Origin: Scyliorhinus canicula
Lineage: Eukaryota
Assembly (NCBI RefSeq): GCF_902713615.1
Contig: NC_052150.1
Span: 72,967,790 to 73,031,789, forward strand
Direction: 5' to 3'
DNA: 64,000 nucleotides
Position numbers and translations under genes: made by a program
The notes under the pieces: model-generated
Seen by the model: only the letters and a program-made list of their open reading frames with translations
What the model was told of the DNA's origin: nothing
The model's database searches: none
In this document: positions 35,777 to 48,376 of the stretch, in pieces
How positions within the stretch are numbered: the first letter of the stretch is position 1
Layout: the number at the start of each line of letters is the position of its first letter

Positions 35777-37656
35777 ATTGTCTAAAATCATTCTTCACAG
35801 GGTTAATTTGAGTGCTTATGGTGAACAGAAAAGCCTGTAAGGACTCTGCCAGTCAACACCCTGGGATAGACACACATGTGGATAGTCCTGACACTGCTCT
35901 TTAGGCCCTCATTTTCTTTCCTTGACCGACCACCTCTCTACCTGACCACCCTCCCTCTCATATCCACAACATCAGGTCCTTCTCACTTCACTTCTTCATG
36001 CCCTGGACTCCCCGGATCCCTGCCCATCACCGCCACAACCCCTACTACTGACTTACTGGAGCCAGTCGCAAGCCTCTATGCAAGCTCCAGCTCCCCTCCA
36101 TTAAGCTGCAGAGTTAAACAATGAAAACCGCTGATCTTACCCACAACTGTATAAAGCTGACTGGTACACACATCCTTTAAACAATTGCTAGGAGATTCTT
36201 TACCCCAAAGATAGGACTTTATTAAAAACTGTTTCACACTTAGATTCAGGTCTTTTGGCAGATAAGGGGTTTAGTGTAAGGGTGAGGTAGGTGATTGGGG
36301 ACTACGTGGAGATTAATCAGAATGGGGAGGTATCAGCGGCCACGTTCTATGAGGTGTTGAAGGCAGTGGTCCAAGGGAGAATATCTCGTTCAAGGTGCAC
36401 AGGGACAGGAGGGAGGAGGAACATGGATGGCTGTTGGACGAGATAGTCGAGGTGGAAAGAAAATGCGCGGGGGCCCCCACAAAAGAGTTGTTGGCGGATT
36501 GGACGAGGTTGCAGGGGCAAGTTCAATAGGTTGACAACGGGAAGGGCAGTGGACCAGCTACGGAGGGCGAGGAGGTGCGATATGAATATGAGACGAAGGC
36601 AAGCCATATGCTGAGGAGACAGCTGCGTCCAGGAAAACTTAGCGGGAGCGAACAGGGAAGGGGAGGTCGTTTCAGCATTGGGAAGGATAAATTAAGTGTG
36701 CAGGGGGTATTAAGTGTTCAGGGAGTAAGCTGCACAGGGCTGAGCCAGGTGCAGAGGAAGGGGATATGGGACGGTCTCTGGATGGGTTGGAGTTTCCAAG
36801 GTTGGAGGACGAGAGGAGGTGGGCATTGGAAGAGGGGCTGAGGGAAGTGATTGACAGCATTAGGGGGATGAAGTCAGGGAATACTCCAGGGCCAGACGGC
36901 TTTCCGGCGGAGTTTTCCAAGGCGTCCGCGACAGAAATGGCACTGCATTTGTTGGCGACATTAAGTGAGGCATTGTTGAAGGGGGCGCTGCCAGAGATAC
37001 TGACACAGGCATCGAACATGCTAATCCTGAAGAAGGGGAAGGATCCGTTGGAGTGCGGGAGTATAGGCCCATTTCATCGTTGAACACAGATGTGAAAGTG
37101 CTGGCTAAGTTGGTGGTGGGAAGGATGGAGGGATGCGTGCCAGGGTGGTTGTTGAGGATCAAACAGATTTCGTAAAGGGTATGCAGCTCTCCAGTAACAT
37201 CAGGAGGCTGGTAAATGTGGTTTTGACTATCAGTCGGGCGGGTGCTGGAGGTCATTGTTTCTATGTATGCAGAGAAGACTTTGATCAGGTGGAGTGGAAG
37301 TATTTATTTGAGATCTTGGGTAGGTTTGCGTTTGGCCCGAAGTTTGGGACGGTGCGTGTGCTATAAGTACATCCGGTGTCAAGTGTACGTACAAATGGGA
37401 TGAGTTCACAAAATTTTGGGCTGCATCGGGGAACGAGACAGGGATGTCCACTCTCGCATTTGTTGTTTGCATGGTGTTTGAGTCCTTAGCGATGGCCCTC
37501 AAGGGATGTGTGGAGAGGCAGGGGATGGTGAGGGGGAGCAGGGAGCACCTGATTTTGCTGTACACGGATGGCCTGTTATTGTTCGTGTCGGACAAATTGG
37601 AGAGTATGGGGAGGATCAAGGGAATACTGGAGAGGTTTGAGGTTTTCTCTGGGTAT

Positions 37657-38251
37657 TATTATGGGCCAGGGTTTAGAGAACACCAAAGTATATCATGGAG
37701 TTCACCTGACCTACAACTTTTAATAGATTTTGGTTATGAGGAGCACAACGGCCCACTTTCCAAGTGTTATGCAACAGAGATCTTAAGTATTTTTAAACAA
37801 AACAATGTTTATTCTATGAATCCAGTTAACATTTTCTAAGCACACAGTAAACATCTTATCAACTACCAACACAAATACCCACCCCCCCCGCAAAGATACA
37901 GTACTCTATATGTAACCCTTAATAACTTGCCAAGCAACATCCATGAACCAAACACCCTTTATCTACCAAAACAGTAGGTCTGAATTCCTTACAGACAACA
38001 GGTATTACTTTGAAATTATCAAGTGGTCTGGAGACATTCTTTAGCATGCAGAGAGAGACACCAAAATATACCATCTTTGTTTGAATGCAGCTCCCAACTG
38101 AAAACAAAACAAAAAAACTCAGAGCCACAAAGCAGCTTCCAGCTCAAAAGCAAAGTAAAAGACAGAATCACAGCCATGCTCCACCCACACGGTGACACCA
38201 CTGCAGCCATTTCATAAAACACATTTTTCTCAAAGGGACCCTCACATGACA
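37657..38251. mobile_element. Solo LTR inserted in the old L1
   Basis: Ends tattatg (decayed TG) ... catgaca; 4-bp TSD gtat/atat; removing it restores the L1 sequence gggtataagttaaac. Confidence 0.7.
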
Positions 38252-38454
38252 ATATAAGTTAAACGGCGGGAAGAACGAAATGTTCACGCTGAATGCGGCG
38301 GAGCAGGGGGCCAACTTGGGGATGTTTCTATTTAAAGATAGCTTGGGAAAGGTTCAGGTATTTGGGGATTCAGGTGACGAGGGAATGGGCTACGGTGCAT
38401 AGGTGGAATTTGACAACGTTGGTAGAGGAGATTAGGTGGAATGTTAAGAGATGG

Positions 38455-38994
38455 GGACAGGATTCTCTGACCCCGGGACTGCTCTATGGGCCCCGACCAC
38501 CCCCCCCCCCCCCGGCGGTTCTCCGCCTGGGATGGGCCAAGCGGCCGTAGCGAAAAACCCGGGTCCCGCCGGCGTCGTTCTAACCTGGTGTTACCCGGTG
38601 GGACCTCAGCGTGGAAGGGTACGGGGGTAGCCTGTTGGGGGAGGGAGGGTCCGATCCTGGGGGAACTCCGGTGTGGTCTGGCCCGCGATCAGGGCCCACC
38701 AATCAGAGGGCCGGCCTCTTGGGCTAGGTGGGCCTCCTTTGTTCCGCGCCGGCCCCTGTAGCCCCATGTTGCGTTGGGCCGGCGAGGAGAAGGGAGACAC
38801 CACGCATGCGCGGACCGGCGGCACTCATCTGACGCTGGGATCGGCAGCTGGAGCAGCATGGCTCGCTCCAGTGCGGTGCTGGCCCACAATATGGGCCAGA
38901 ATTGCTGATCCTGAGGCCATGTTCACGCCGTCGAAAAACGCGACGGCATTTACGATGGCGTCAACACTTAGCCTCAGGATCAGAGAATCCCGCC
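38455..38994. mobile_element. CpG-rich MITE inserted in the old L1
   Basis: TIR ggacaggattctc / gagaatcccgcc; TSD TGG; removing it restores aagagatgggatac. Confidence 0.8.
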
Positions 38995-40083
38995 TGGGAT
39001 ACATTGCACCTGACACTGCTAGGGAGGGTGCTGGTTGTAAAAATGAATGTTTTGCCAAGCTTCTTGTTCATTTTCCAGACCCTCCCAATCTTTCTCCCTG
39101 AGGCCTTTTTCCGGAAATTGGAGACAGTGATTTCAGAGTTTATATGGGTGGGGAAGGTGCCCAGGGTAAAGAGGGCTCTGCTACAGAGGCAGAAAAGGGG
39201 TTTGGCAATTCCAAACCTGCTGCACTGTTATTGGACAGCAAATGTGGAGAAGGCGAGATGAAAATGGGGTGGGGGGTTGGGAGTGGATCAAGATGGTGGA
39301 GGAGTCCTGTAGGGAATCCACTCTGAGGGCTTTGGTGACAGCTCCGCTAGCTTCGAGGAAGTATACAGGGAGCCAGGCGGTACAGTCAACGGTTAGGATG
39401 TGAAATCAGCTGCGGAGACACATTAACTTGGAGGGAATGTCGTTGTTGATACCACTGTGCGGGAACCACAGATTTAAGCTGGGGAGATGGTATAGGAAGT
39501 GGAAGGAGGCAGAGCTGGTGAGGGTGAGGGACTTGTATTTGGAAGGGTAGTTTGCAGACGTTTGAGTTGCCGAGGGGCAGAGAATTTAGATTTTTGCAGG
39601 TGAGGGACTTTGCATGAAAGGAGTGGAGAACGTTTCCCATGTTGCCGGAGAACACCCTATTGGAGCAACTGCTGCTCCCGAATGAGAGGGTAGGAATGGG
39701 CACATATATGGATGGTTGGGGGAGCAGGGAAGGGGAGCCAAAGTGGTGAGGATCAAGAACAAACGGGAGGAGTTGGGGGGGTAAATAGGCTGTGAACTGT
39801 AGTGCGAGGCGATGCTCAGGGTGAATTCGACCTCCTCCTGGAGGATGAGCTTCATTAAGTTCAAGGTGGTGCATATGACCTGGACGAGGATGAGTGGGTT
39901 CTTCCAAGGGGTGGCCAATGAGTGTAAGAAGTGCGGGTCGGGCCCGGCAAATCATGCGCACATGTTCTGGGGTTGCGAGACACTGCAGAGTTACTGGTGT
40001 TTGGGACGTTACCTAAAATTGTGGAGGTGGGGGTCAGGCTGGACCCAATGGTGGTGATCTTTGGGGTATTAGAAATGCCGGAG

Positions 40084-43000
40084 GTTCGGGGGGGTATGTT
40101 GTATTCTATGTTGGGTTGGGGGTATGGAGTGGGGCTGTTATTTGGGAGCTGCGTCAGAAGGGTGTGGTGGGGCAGTGCGAAAGCGCGGGCTTTCCTCTGG
40201 TTTCCCGCGTTGCGGGGCTGGGGGGGCGGAGACGGTGACGGGGGAGGTGGGGCCTTAACTGGTTCTTCCCCGCGCTGGAGCGGTGCCTGGAATGAGGGAT
40301 AGATTGGGGGATGATCCCACTTTGGGAGGGGTCGGGTTATTGGCGGGAGTTTCCGGGGTCAGCAGAAGTTAACTGACCCACGGAAGTACAATGGAGGACG
40401 GTTCGCGGCTGGGAGGGTTCCTAGCCTGGGGGGGAAGGGAGGGGGAGAAAGGGGAATACCGGGTTGCTGCTGGTAGGGTCAGGAAGGAGCTGGTGGGGGC
40501 TGGGGGGACAGAGGAGAGGTGTTGTCGCTGTGGGGACTGGGTCGGGCAGGGGGTGCTGGCCTGGGGCGGGCAGTCGACGGGCTACGGCTAGTCAACGGGG
40601 GAGGGGGGCGGGACGCCCTCTGATCCGGTTGGTCACCTGGAATGCGAGAGGGTTGAATGGGCCGGTGAAGCGGTCGAGGGTACTGGCTCACCTGAAGGGG
40701 CCAAAGGCAGATGTGGCAATGCTTCAGGAGACCCACCTGAAGGTGGCGGAACAGGTCCGCCTGAGGAAGGGATGGGTGGGGCAGGTTTTCCACTCTGGGT
40801 TGGGTGTGAAGAACCGGGGAATGGCGATTCTGGTGGGGGAAAATGTGTTGTTTGAGGCATCAGAGGTGGTGGCGGATAAGGGGGGTAGGTATGTTATGGT
40901 TAGGGGCAGGCTACAAGGAGAGAAGGTGGTACTGGCTAGTGTGTATGCCCCAAATTGGGACGATGTGGACTTTATGAGGCGTATGTTGGGACGGGTCCCG
41001 GATCTGGAGGCGGCAGGTCTGATCATGGAGGGGGACTTTAATATGGTGTTGGATCCTTCACTGGATCGGTCCAGCTCTAGGACGGGTAGGAGGCCGGCAG
41101 CAACCAAGGTACTGAGAGGGTTTATGAACCAGATGGGTGGGGTGGATCCATGGAGGTTTGTGAGGCCGAGGGCACGCGAGTACTCTTTCTTCTCCCACGT
41201 ACATAGGGTCTACTCTCGGATAGATTTCTTCGTGGTGAGTAGGTGACTGATTCCGAGAGTGGAGGAGGCCGAATATTCGGCCATTGCAATCTCCGACCAT
41301 GCTCTGCATTGGATAGAGTTGGAGATGGGGGAGGTGCGGGGCCAGCACCCGTTGTGGCGGTTGGTTGTGGGGTTGTTGGCGGAGGATGTGTGTAGGAGGG
41401 TCCGGGCAAGTATTGAGGGGTACCTCGAGGTGAATGATACGGGGGAGGTTCAGGTCGGGATGGTCTGGGAAGCCCTGAAGGCAGTGATTCGTGGGGAGCT
41501 GATATCCATCCGGGCACACAGGGAGAGGAGTGAGAGGGATAGACTGGTGGGGAAGAGGCTGGAGGTGGACAGGAGGTATGCAGAGGCACCAGAGGAGGGA
41601 CTGTTGGGGGAGAGGCGTAGCCTGCAGGCTGAATTTGATTTGCTGACCACTAGAAAGGTGGAGGCACAGTGGAGGAAGGCACAAGGGGCAGTGTACGAAC
41701 ATGGTGAAAAGGCGAGTAGGATGCTGGCTCATCAGCTCCGCAAGCAGGATGCGGCTAAGGAAATTGCTGGAGTGAGAGACAAGAGTGGGAATGTGGTGCG
41801 GAAGGGGGTAGAGGTGAATGAGGTCTTCAAGGACTTTTACGGGGAACTGTACCGGTCGGAGCCAACGGGGGAGAGGAGGGGAATGGAGAGGTTCCTTGAC
41901 GGGCTTTCTTTCCCGAAGGTGCAGGAAGAGAAGATGGAGGGGTTGGGTGCGCCGATTGAGCTGGAGGAGCTAGTTAAGGGGATCGGGCAGATGCAGTCAG
42001 GGAAGGCACCGGGGCCGGATGGGTTCCCGGTGGAATTTTATAAAAAGTTTGTGGACCTAGTGGGCCCCTTGCTGGTGCGGACACTCAATGAAGCGTGGGA
42101 AGGGGGGACTTTGCCCCCGACGATGTCACGGGCGCTGATCTCGTTAATTTTAAAGAGGGACCAGGACCCCCAGCAGTGTGGTTCATACAGGCCCATATCT
42201 CTCCTCAACGTGGATGCTAAGGTCCTGGCAAAAATCCTGGCCACCAGGATAGAGGACTGTGTGCCGGGGGTTGTGCACAAGGACCAGACAGGTTTCGTGA
42301 AGGGAAGGCAGCTGAACACGAATGTGCAGAGATTGTTGAATGTCATCATGATGCCGGCGATTGAGGGGGAGGCAGAGATAGTGGTGGCACTGGATGCGGA
42401 GAAGGCCTTCGATAGAGTGGAGTGGGGGTACCTATGGGAGGTGTTGGGGAGGTTTGGATTTGGTGAAGGGTTCATTAGATGGGTACGGCTGCTATATGAG
42501 GCCCCAATGGCGTGCGTGGCCACGAATAGGAGGAGGTCGGAGTACTTCCGGCTTTACCGAGGGACCAGGCAGGGTTGCCCTCTGTCCCCCTTGTTGTTTG
42601 CACTGGCAATCGAGCCGCTGGCAATGGCGTTGAGGGATTCAGAGACGTGGAGAGGCTTGGTGCGAGGTGGAGAGGAACATAGGGTGTCGTTGCATGCCGA
42701 TGTCCTGTTACTGTATGTGGCGGACCCGGCGGGAGGGATGCCGGGAGTGATGGAGTTGCTAGCTGAGTTTGGGACCTTTTCAGGTTATAAATTAAATTTA
42801 GGCAAGAGCGAGGTGTTTGTGGTGCACCCTGGAGACCAGGAGGAAGGAATTGGTAGGCTCCCGCTTAGGCGGGCAGGGGAGAGTTTTAGGTACCTGGGGG
42901 TGCAGGTGGCCAGGGACTGGGGGACTCTTCACAAGCATAACTTCACCAGACTTGTAGATCAGTTGGAGGAGGAGTTCAAGAGGTGGGACATGCTGCCATT

Positions 43001-44594
43001 ATCGTTGGCGGGGAGGGTACAGTCCGTCAAAATGACGGTGCTTCCGAGGTTCTTGTTCCTCTTTCAGTGCCTGCCCATCTTTATCCCCAGGGCCTTCTTT
43101 AGGAGAGTGACTAGCAGTATTTTGAGCTTTGTGTGGGCACATGGGACTCCGAGAGTGAAGAGGGTGTTCCTGGAGCAAGGGAGGGATAGAGGCGGGCTGG
43201 CGCTGCCCAACCTTCTGGGGTACTATTGGGCAGCCAATGTGTCAATGGTGCGTAAATGGGTGATGGAGGGGGGAGGGGCGGCGTGGAAAAGAATGGAGAT
43301 GGCGTCATGTAGAGGTACGAGCCTGGGTGCCATGGTAACGGCACCGTTGCCGCTCTCCCCTAAGAGGTTTACCACTGGCCCGGTGGTGGCGGCGACCCTA
43401 AGAATCTGGGGACAGTGGAGACGGCATCGGGGGGAAACAGGGGGCTCGATGGAGGCTCCACTGGGTGGCAACCATCGGTTCATCCCGGGGAACAAGGATG
43501 GGGGATTTAGGGGGTGGCAAAGGGCGGGCATCAGCAAATTGAGGGACCTGTTTATTGGCGGGAGGTTTGCGGGCCTGGGGGAACTGGAAGATAAATTTGG
43601 CCTTCCCCAAGGGAACATGTTCAGATACTTGCAGGTAAAGGCGTTTGCTAGGCGACAGGTAGAGGGATTCCCTCTGCTGCCGTCATGGGGGACGATGGAC
43701 AGAGTGCTTTCGGGGGTGTGGGTCGGAGAGGGGAAGGTGTCTGACATCTATAAGGTAATGCAGGAGGTGGAGGAGTCGTCAGTGGAGGAGCTGAAGGCTA
43801 AATGGGAGGAGGAACTTGGGGAGCAGATAGAGGACGGGACTTGGGCGGATGCCTTGGAGAGAGTCAACTCTTCCTCCTCGTGTGCGAGGCTTAGTCTCAT
43901 CCAATTTAAGGTGCTGCACCGGGCCCACATGTCCGGGACTAGGATGAGTAGATTCTTTGGGGGTGAGGACAGGTGCACCAGATGTTCGGGGAGTCCAGCG
44001 AACCACGCCCATATGTTCTGGGCATGCCCAGCACTGGAAGAATTCTGGAAGGGGGTGGCGGGGACGGTGTCGAGGGTGGTTGGATCCAGGGTCAAACCAG
44101 GGTGGGGACTCGCGATTTTTGGAGTTGCGGTAGAGCCGGGAGTGCAGGAAGCGAAAGAGGCCGGTGTCCTGGCCTTTGCGTCCCTAGTAGCCCGGCGAAG
44201 GATCCTGCTACAGTGGAAGGATGCAAGGCCCCCAAGTGTGGAGACCTGGATCAGTGACATGGCGGGATTTATAAAATTGGAAAGGGTCAAATTTGCCCTG
44301 AGAGGATCAATACAAGGGTTCAAAAACGATGGCAGCCTTTTCTGGACTTCCTGGCTCAAAGATAGGTAACTTGGTCAATAGCAGCAGCAACCCGGGGGGT
44401 GTTCCTTATTGTAGTGTCTATTCTGTAACTTTATAGTGTGTTAATTTGTGTTGTTGTTAAAATGCTGTGTTGTTCATGGAGGTGGAGCGAATGTTTATGA
44501 TTGTTAATATTATTGTTATTTTTGGTATTTTACGATGGTGCGTTATTGTTGTATAAATTCAAAATTTTTCAATAAAAATTATTTTTTTTAAAAA
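40084..44594 (+). mobile_element. Young 5'-truncated L1-clade LINE (spacer, complete ORF2 region, 3'UTR, AATAAA, A tail)
   Basis: APE endonuclease, RT and CCHC domains; AATAAA at 44571; TSD agaaatgcc(g/t)gag. Confidence 0.93.
40584..44369 (+). pseudogene. L1 ORF2 (endonuclease/reverse transcriptase), inactivated
   Basis: ORFs 40464..41246 and 41259..44369 are in the same frame, split by one TGA. Motifs: TWNARGL, LQETHL, VYAPN, GDFN, SRID, SDH, PGPDG, YRPISLLN, DAEKAFD, GTRQGCPLSP, CTRC..HAHMFWAC. The YADD box reads HADV. Confidence 0.92.
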
Positions 44595-45770
44595 AGAAAT
44601 GCCTGAGCTTGGGGGCAATGGAGGCAGCATATGAGACTGGAGGGGGTGTCAGTGTGGCCACCGATCTGTGACAATCACTGGTTTGTCCCGGGGATGCTGG
44701 ATGGAGGCTTTAAGATATGGTAGCGGGCAGGGATTCAGAGGTTTCCAGATCTATTCATCCAGGAGGGCTTTCCGAACTTGGAGACATTAAGAGGAGTTTG
44801 ATTTGCCGGGTGGGTACGGATTTCAGTATCTTCGAGTGCAGGGCTTTGTACAGAGACAGGTCCCATGCTTTCCTTGCCTCCCCCTGAGGGTACTACAGGG
44901 TAAAGTGCTGTCAGAAACAGGGGTTGGAGGTGGGATGGTTTTGGACATATACAGGGAATTGTTAGAGTGGGAAGGGGCCCCTATCAGAGAGGTGAAGAGG
45001 AAGTGGGAACAGGAGCTAGGAGGGGAGCTGGAAACTGAACTGTGGGAAAAACCCTTGAAAAGGGTAAATGCATCCTTGTCCTGTGCTAGACTCAGCTTGA
45101 TTCAGTTCAAGGTAGTCCACAGGGCCCACATAACGGTAGCCCAGATGAGTATGTTCTTCGAGGAGGTGGAGGACAGATTGGGATGGTGTGGGGGTAGCCC
45201 GGCCAACCATGTTCATATGTTTTGGGCATGTCCGAAACGGAGGGAATTCTGGCAGGGATCTGCAGATGTTATGTCAGAAATCCTAGAAGGTAGGGTAACT
45301 CAGAGTCCAGAATTGGCAATATTTGGGGTGTCAGAGGATCCGGAGACAAAGGAGGGGAGGGAGGCCGATATCCTGGCCTTCTCCTCCCTGGTGGCCTGGA
45401 GACGGATCTTGCTGAGATGGAGGGATGGAGATGGAAATCAGGAGTGTGGGTCAGCGATATGGTAGAGTTTCTCAGTCTGGAGAAAATCAAGTTTGTTCTA
45501 AGAGGATCAATACAGGGATTCGCCCTGAGTTGGGAGCCATTCATCGATTTCTTTAACAAAAACTGAACGTCAGCAGTAAGGGGGAAAGGAGAAAATGGGG
45601 GGGGGGGGGGGGGGGGGGGGGGGAAGAGGAAAACAGGAGGCATGGAAATGTTAAATAAGGAAAGGGAACTTAGTATACGGGTAATTGGGGATAGGGCGGG
45701 AGAAATGGGGTACGTGGTTTATTGTTTGTTGTCATTTCAGGGGGTATTTTGTGCTTCGACCCGCGCAGTT

Positions 45771-47682
45771 ATAGATAGATAGAGAAATACAGCACAGAAC
45801 AGGCCCTTCGGCCCACGATGTTGTGCCGAACTTTTGTCCTAGGTTAATCACAGATCATAGAATTTTGGACACCAAGGGCAATTTATCATGGCCAATCCAC
45901 CCAACCTGCACATCTTTGGACTGTGGGAGGAAACCGGAGCACCCGGAGGAAACCCACGCACACACGGGGAGGATGTGCAGACTCCACACAGTGACCCAAG
46001 CCGAAATCGAACCTGGGACCCTGGAGCTGTGAAGCAATTGTGCTATCCACAATGCTGCCGTGCTGCCCTTAAGAACAAATTAATCTACACTCCATTATTC
46101 TACCATAATCCATGTACCTATCCAATAGCCGCTTGAAGGACCCTAACGTTTCCGACTCAACTACTTCCACAGGCAATGCATTCCATGCCACCACTACTCT
46201 CTAGGTAAAGAACCTACCTCTGACATCCCCCCTCTTTCTTCCACCATTTACCTTAAATTTATGTCCCCTTGTAATGGTTTGTTCCACCCGGGGAAAAAGT
46301 CTCTTACTGTCTACTCTATCTATTCCCCTGATCATCTTATAAACCTCTATCAAGTTGCCCCCCATCCTTCTCCGTTCTAATGAGAAAAGGCCTAGCACCC
46401 TCAACCTTTCCTCATAAGACCTACTCTCCATTCCAGGCAACATCCTGGTAAATCTCCTTTGCACCTTTTCCAAAGCTTCCACATCCTTCCTAAAATGAGG
46501 TGACCAGAACTGCACACAGTACTCCAAATGTGGCCTTACCAAGGTTTTGTACAGCTGCCTCATCACCTCACGGCTCTTAAATTCAATCCCTCTGCTAATG
46601 AACGCTAGCACACCATAGGCCTTCTTCACAGTTCTATCCACTTGAGTGGCAACTTTCAAAGATTTATGAACATAGACCCCAAGATCTCTCTGCTCCTCTA
46701 CATTGCCAAGAACCCTACCGTTAACCCTGTATTCCGCATTCATATTTGTCCTTCCAAAATGGACAACCTCACACTTGTCAGGGTTAAACTCCATCTGCCA
46801 CTTCTCAGCCCAGTTCTGCATCCTATCTATGTCTCTTTGCAGCCGACAACAGCCCTCCTCGTTATCCACAACTCCACCAATCTTCGTATCATCTGCAAGT
46901 TTACTGACCCACCCTTCAACTCCCTCATCCAAGTCATTAATGAAAATCACAAACAGCAGAGGACCCAGAACTGATCCCTGCGGTACGCCACTGGTAACTG
47001 GGCTCCAGGCTGAATATTTGCCATCCACCACCACTCTCTGACTTCTATCGGTTAGCCAGTTTGTTATCCAACTGGCCAAATTTCCCACTATCCCATGCCT
47101 CCTTACTTTCTGCATAAGCCTACCATGGGGAACCTTATCAAATGCCTTACTAAAATCCATGTACACTACATCCACTGCTTTACCTTCATCCACATGCTTG
47201 GTCACCTCCTCAAAGAAGTCAATAAGACTTGTAAGGCAAGACCTACCCCTCACAAATCCGTGCTGACTATCCCTAATCAAGCAGTGTCTTTCCAGATGCT
47301 CAGAAATCCTATCCCTCAGTACCCTTTACAATTACTTTGCCTATCACCGAAGTAAGACTAACTGGCCTGTAATTCCCAGGGTTATCCCTATTCCCTTTTT
47401 TGAACAGGGGCACAACATTCGCCACTCTCCAATCCCCTGGTACCACCCCTGTTGACAGTGAGGACAAAAAGATCATTGCCAACGGCTCTGCAATTTCATT
47501 TCTTGCTTCCCATAGAATCCTTGGATATGTCCCGTCAGGCCCAGGAGACCTGTCTATCCTCAAGTTTTTCAAAATGCCCAACACATCTTCCTTCCTAACA
47601 AGTATCTCCTCGAGCTTACCCGTCTGTTTCACACTGTCCTCTCCAACAATTTGGCCCCTCTCGTTTGTAAGTACTGAAGAAA
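45771..47682 (-). mobile_element. Young 5'-truncated CR1 LINE (RT)
   Basis: ORF 46201..47280: SQHGF, DFSKAFDKVPH, SGVPQGSVLGP, LADDTK, RPHLEYC; upstream frame PGPDG..NYRPVSLTS. Confidence 0.93.
45848..46068 (-). mobile_element. HE1-like SINE inside the CR1 3'UTR
   Basis: SINE head and body flanked by TTAA (45844-45847, 46069-46072). Confidence 0.88.
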
Positions 47683-48044
47683 ACGTCAACATGTTAAATT
47701 GTGAAAATTACAAATGCTTCTAAAATAAAAAGAAATGCTGGAGCTGATGGAGGGGAAGAGGGCTGATATTGTGGTGTTCGCCTCCCAGCGGAGGTCTTGC
47801 TAAAATTGAGGGCGGATTCGCCACCAGGGGTGGCTGGCTGGGGGGCCTTTATGACTTTCTCCGGTTGGAAAAGATTCAATTTGAGTTGAGGGGGTCAGTG
47901 GAGGGCCTTGAGACACGGTGGGTGTTGTTCATGGCAATGTTTGAGGAACTGTTCGTCGCGGGGGATGGGGAGGAGGGAGGAAGGTAGGTGGCAAAAGGAG
48001 AAAAATTGTACAAATGTGAACTGTGAGGTTGTGGAGTGTGGTAT

Positions 48045-48376
48045 ATCATAGAATCATAGAATTTACAGTGCAGAAGTAGGCCATTCAGCCCATCGAGCCT
48101 GCATCGGCACTTGGAAAGAGAACCCTACCCAAGCCCACACCTCCACCCTATCCCGGTAACACACTAACCACATCCAACCTTTTTTGGACACCAAGGGCAA
48201 CTTAGCATGGCCAATCCACCTAACCTGCACAGCTTTGGAAACCGGAGCACCCGGAGGAAACCCATGCAGACACGGGGAGAACGTGCAGACTCCGCACAGA
48301 CAGTGACCCAAGCCGGGAATCAAACCTGGGACCCTGGAGCTATGAAGCAACTGTACTAACCACTGTGCTACCATGT
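48045..48376 (-). mobile_element. HE1-like SINE with CR1-type tail, in the old L1 3'UTR
   Basis: (CTATGATT)n end; tRNA head. Confidence 0.88.

Larger units (their letters stand above)
44610..47730 (+). mobile_element. Third, intermediate-age L1 3' fragment (44610-45770 and 47685-47730), split by a CR1
   Basis: ORF 44803..45465 is homologous to the ORF2 C-terminus (SCARLSLIQFKVVHR, PANHVHMFWAC); G27 run at 45597-45623 in the 3'UTR. Confidence 0.85.

Noticed and set aside
41058-44359. Minus-strand ORFs of 150-220 aa opposite L1 ORF2
   Set aside because: These are antisense shadows of a G-rich coding frame.
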